A stretch of 64,000 nt of DNA from Bugula neritina (taxonomy: Eukaryota > Animalia > Bryozoa), in the NCBI GenBank assembly GCA_964035545.1, contig OZ037767.1, positions 13,687,801-13,751,800 on the forward strand. Direction: 5' to 3'. The stretch's first letter is position 1. Each line of letters begins with the position of its first letter. The translations under genes and the position numbers were made by a program. Positions 29,934-64,000 of the stretch are shown here, piece after piece. Under the pieces are notes generated by a model. That model was not told the origin of the DNA and did not search any database. It worked only from the letters and a program-made list of their open reading frames with translations.

Positions 29934-30996
29934 ATTTATATAATATTTATATAGTATATAGTATATAAGTTATAACACCATATAATGTAATGAAACATAA
30001 CACAATACGAAATATAACATGATTTATTAAAATACACAAAACAATTTATGGGAAATTATAGGAAATTACTTCTCCTGCAGTGCCAATATTCATATTATCA
30101 ACTATCATAGTGGTTTGACTCTAAAAAGGTAAATTAAAAAACCGATTGCTTTATAAGCACATCTTGTATTTGATAATTTTGCAAATTGTTCTTTTTCAAA
30201 CAGTTGCAAATTATGTACTTTATGTACTTTATGTTCATTAAAACACAGGTACAAATTTTTATTCAAAAGAGTAAAGCAACATAAGATAGTAGCAACAAAT
30301 TGTTACTTCAATTATTTATTTTGTCATTTTAACTTATAAAAAACAATACTTAAGGGTTATCGTAGCTATTATTTTAAGTACTTTTCAAATTATTGTAAAA
30401 AATAAAAACCTGAACCTAAAACTATCAATAAAACGTGATACATTTTTAACTATAATATTTCGATATCTCAATAGGTTTTTACTATAATAGTTTCTATTTT
30501 CATACTCAAAGCTAGTAAGTTAAATATTTGCAAACTTTTTAAAACTATTCAAAAGTAAAAAGTAAAGTTTTAATGAATGCCTAAATTGTGGAGTTATAAT
30601 GTAGTTTATATATATAATAACTCTTTTATCAAACTATTTTACTACTACTTGCATGGAGAAAGCAAGTTGATATTCAAAAATAAATTGTTGGGTTTTTGTA
30701 TTGCAATTGAATGTTTACTTCAAGGTGATGTTTGTAATTGCATTGACTAAGTTTACAAGTCATGCATTGGTTTAAGATCTTCTATTGTTTCACCATCTGT
30801 TTCAAAATTTTAAATTTCTTTTTTTTATTATTATTCAATGTTGAAACATCGATCAGCAAATGAAAACTATTGGCTACTATTAAACACAAAGCGCCAATGA
30901 AAGAATTACATCTTTCCAAATACTTGAATGAAAGCACATTTTCCAACTTTCCATATTGAATTTTATTGAATAAAATATTAAATAAACAATGAGATT

Positions 30997-31039
30997 AACC
31001 AATAGAATGCATTTTCCTGGTTTGAGAAGAGTATAAAAG
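30997..31039 (+). promoter_or_regulatory. CCAAT box plus TATA box of IL-17-like copy B
   Basis: AACCAATAG at 30997-31005 and TATAAAAG at 31032-31039, about 100 bp upstream of the ATG at 31139; identical in the other copy. Confidence 0.6.
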
Positions 31040-31138
31040 GAGTGGCCATGAGAACTGCAGAGTAAATTATCACACCAAATCATAGTTTAAATCTCAAGTA
31101 CAGTTTGTATATCACTGAGTGTATATTTTGTTATCAAG

Positions 31139-32391
<1,253 letters not shown>

Positions 32392-34605
32392 ACTATTCGT
32401 TTGTTAAAATACTGATCCTCGTTGTTTTCATATATTTTCTGTTATTTCTCTAAAGTTGTTTGACATTTCTATAAAACTGTTTGTTTGATCTTTATAAAAT
32501 ATTTGTTATGTTTGTGTTACACTTTTTAATACTTATTTATACTTTGTTGTTTTAACATTACTCTTACTATTTCAATAATCTATTTTTCTACTAATTGCAC
32601 CCGGTGATAATTATTGTTATTTTTAAGTCCTAAAACTTGTGTGATCCTTCTCAATACTAATAAAGCGTGATTTATAACGACGTACTTTGATATTGCTATT
32701 GTGTTGTTTTTGAAAAAAAAGGCGAAACATGATTTAAACCAATTCAGTCAAACAACCAGCATAGAATTTGTTTTCAAATGATAGATTAAACAAAATGGTA
32801 CATCACCAATGGTAGCAGTACATAATATGTTTGTTAAAAGATTGTCCTTGCTGTTTTCACAAACTCTTTATTACTTTTCTGAAATTGTTTGATAATTTTA
32901 TAAAACTGTTTGTTTGATCTTTATAAAATATCTGTTATGTTTGTGTTACACTTTTTATTCCTATTTATATTTTATTATTATATAATTGATGTAGACATTT
33001 CAATAATCTTACACATTGCATGAGTGAATAAACCAATTTCCTCATTTTTGTTATTTTCTTTACCAGCTAGCAACTAGCCTTTGATTTATACCAGCTTTGT
33101 TGCAGCTAGTGATTTTATTTCAACTATTTTTGCTTATTGCACCCGCTGATAATGCTTGTTGTTTTTAAACTAAAATTTGTGTGATATCTTTTTATACTAA
33201 TAAAGTGTGATTTACAATAACTGCAATAGTGCACTTGAAAAGAAAGAAATTAAAATCTGATTCAAACTATTTCAGCCAATCAAGTAGCATAAAATTCATT
33301 TTTAAATGACAATTTAAACAAAATAGCACAACACCATTAATGGTAGTTGCATCATCAAAAGGGAAATTTTAATAAACATTGACATAAGTTGTATTAATAT
33401 GTATTAGCGAACTAAAGTGTTTGCGATATTTTTTTAAGTCCTCCTACTTCAATTGTGAGAAGCAATTTTTCCCAAATTAAAGAATAAAGCCTTCTCTATT
33501 TTGTTTTTTTACTGTTCTCTTTTTAATTAGAGTTTAAACAGTTTTACCTTGTTATATTTCAGTTTTAACCTATGAAGCTATGTGATATATTTACTATAAT
33601 GGCAATTTGAAGTTGATTTATATAATTTGTTATACTGTTTGTATTGAACAGTATTTGAAATGATATATGATAGCAAAAGCAATACTACTCACAATCAGGT
33701 ATATATCTGAACAATGGAGAAACTAAATTGCATTGATAAGAGCACTTTAATTTAGTGCTTATGACTTTTTTAGGGATGAATATAGAATAATTGAGATAGA
33801 AGTTAAATTATAATCCATAAAAATATTACAATTTAATGAAATGTTAGTGACATAGTGCTGTTGGGCAACCTATGAGAACTGTTCTCCAATCCGTCAAAAA
33901 CTGTTTTAAATATCCATCAAAAGGTAAAACGGAATTCATTTAAAGGGCAAAAACTTTTGTGAAATAAAACAAAATTCTCTCCGTAATACTAATGGATGTG
34001 CACAAACAATTTCTACCATTAAAGTACATGTTGCTGAAAAGTGCTAAGCAAATCTCCCATACTTATTTAAAATAAATTTTAAAGATTTAAAATTTAAAAG
34101 GTATTTAAAATAAAGAGGCGTTGCTTGTATTCCAGCCTTTAAAGTATCACCTTCACTTATAACATTTGTTCATAATGTTGTTTAAATTAATAATAAGAAT
34201 GCACCAACAAAATATTGTTTTAGCTGCATTCTGAGAAATTAGTTTGATTATGTTATTATCCAATAAGAACAAGTTATGTAACAATTTCATTATATATATA
34301 TTTTTTTACAATAAATTATGCAATTATTATACAATATTTACACAAAAAATAGATTATAACTATCAACTACTCACAATTGCTTTATATACAAGTTTGAAAA
34401 GATCATTTACAATTAATATATAATATAAAAATATTTGAATAGGTTAGAAGTTAAAATAGTAAATGTGAAATTATTGAAGTCCTTCAAAAACGACATGCTC
34501 TCAATTTAAATATTCAAAACAAGTTTTTACTACTAACATCATTTGAACAGGAATATTTTGAACCAAATAGTAGTTTTTGTCATAAAATAAGTTAAATTCT
34601 AAATT

Positions 34606-61995
<27,390 letters not shown>

Positions 61996-63674
61996 ATCCT
62001 AACTATTGCAACTAACACACTGCTTCCATGCCCCCTGAAGCTCTACAAGATACCATTTCTTTACAGCTAAAAATTGACAACTGCTTTTAAAATGCTTTCT
62101 GACCGGCCTAAAATGACAACAGAGCACGAAGAAATAGATTCCAAAGTCGATTGTCTTGCGAACTTGTCAGTAATTGAGAATTCCTAAGTTTTACATGCAC
62201 AATCAGCACTCAAACAGGATACACAGTAATAGCTTCTAACAGCAGCTTATCCTGAAAAAATACGAAAGGGAAATGTCACCTGATATTATAGATCTTCATG
62301 TCCAGCAGCATGTAGTTTGAAATGTCAGCAGCATTGCAAGAGACAGACAATCTAGTGGAGCCCTAATTCTGGTTAATTTGCCGACATCTTGATCAATTAA
62401 ATGTTCTTGGATAGTTGCCAGAAAATCTTCCAAGTTGAAAACATTTTAATTAATTTGTTAAAAGTAATTCAAAATATCTACACAAATGTGAGAAAGTAAC
62501 AACATTTAATGCCTTTGAAGGGTGCGATGTTGAAGTGAAGAATATATTTTGATATCTTAGAAAAGATGTTCTGTAACTAAATAATATTTTCTACCATATA
62601 TCAGTTTTTCTAATATAGATTAGATGGCAAATTAAAATGTAGCAATGACATTCATACATGAGCATATATTAATTATGTTTGGGCATTGATGAGAAAAGGA
62701 ACTTGTGGAGGGGCGACCATGTAGCAAGTGAAGGTCAGAAAGATGATTAGCCTGCAGAGTGTTTCTAAAACCTCTATGAGAAATGTATATTAATTATAGC
62801 TTAAGATTCTGATCTTTGTTTGAGAGGTGAGGGCTACCTCACATTCTCATACCAATGTTGGTCAGTAAAACTAGGCCATGTTCCACGCACCATTTGATAT
62901 TTAAGACTTGGTAAATCCACCATGCTGCAGCTGATATTACTTTCAATATTTTTTGTTATAAAGGATAAACAGTTTAGGTTCACAAAAGCGAATATCATAT
63001 ACATCTGACAGTGCATTGGTAAGTAGAGTAAGTATTCCCTGTCTAGAATATAATATACTTACCTTTGGGGCCACATTGTAAGCAGTTCTATACGACAGGT
63101 CTATAGGTCATTGAGAGCTCATTGCAATCAGGTCTACTACAGACTTAGAAGTTGTGGAGAGCTCATTGTACAACCTTGCGTATTGGATAACACCAAGCAC
63201 TCACTTGTATACATGAAGATGAAAATCCTACCTACTTGCATATATTATTTGATTGAATGATGACAGATAAACACATCTACCTGCCTTCAATCAATATGCT
63301 GTCGCTGCCAGCTAAGTGACAGCTAATCAAAGAGGCTGCCAGTTAAGCTAATGATTGAAGTCACTACATTGTCAACACTCTAATTATTATCATAATTATA
63401 AATATTATTGCTGGCAGAACAATCAAAGAGAATAGAAGAAAGATTTGAGTTAATATTTCAGCCAGTTCATTAAATTACTACGTAAGTGAAGATAATATTT
63501 TAATTACGGATAATGATGGCATAGAGCTAGTCTTAGATATTTTAATATATTAATGTTATTGGCAGCTCTCACATTAAGTAATATGGATAACCACAAGAAT
63601 TAAATTACCAACAGCTACAATCTGGATGGGACACTTGTTTGAATTTTAGTAGACTGTAGCTTGCTATTGCCTAT

Positions 63675-63763
63675 CACCACCGCCACCACCACCGCCACCA
63701 CCACCGCCGCCACCACCGCCACCACCACCGCCGCCACAACCACCACCGCCACCACCACCACGG
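63675..63763. repeat. (CCA/CCG)n trinucleotide repeat
   Basis: Direct inspection; upstream of the neurexin coding start. Confidence 0.85.
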
Positions 63764-64000
63764 CAATGTGTTAATATGATAGGCCAACTGTCTTGCCTTC
63801 TCATATTATTACTTGCCAAATACAAACTTATTTATTATAGGCACTCATTCATAAAGTCAGATCTTTCAATTGTTATATATAAATATTCCAAGCCTGCAGT
63901 AAAATGAATGTATATAGCAGACAACTCCAGCATTTATTCAGTTGTTGGATTCTTACACTATACCTCAGACAAGATAGAACTTTAGCTTCAGGTGAATGTA

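Overview
AT-rich, intron-rich animal (invertebrate, probably lophotrochozoan-like) genomic DNA, not prokaryotic. Exon models were built by hand from GT/AG sites and checked for phase continuity. Gene order: (1) the 5' part of BIRC6/BRUCE on the minus strand (21 coding exons, BIR domain, runs off the left edge); (2) NDUFAF6 on the plus strand, divergent from BIRC6 (3 exons, 312 aa); (3) two nearly identical 3-exon, 174-aa secreted IL-17-family cystine-knot genes in a head-to-head inverted duplication (21174-22647 minus, 31139-32391 plus); (4) a complete alpha-neurexin on the minus strand (34606-61995, 25 core exons, about 1443 aa, ends KEWYV). The most notable signals are in the neurexin. An intronic signal-peptide exon with its own tandem CCAAT promoter would give an isoform starting at LNS2. 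Frame-preserving microexons sit at the positions of vertebrate splice sites SS2 (27 nt) and SS4 (12 nt), and EGF2 is largely deleted. The IL-17 pair shows gene-conversion-like homogenisation inside an older palindrome and has lost both cysteines of one knot disulfide. The window also holds a tRNA-derived SINE family, several MITEs and many micro/minisatellites.
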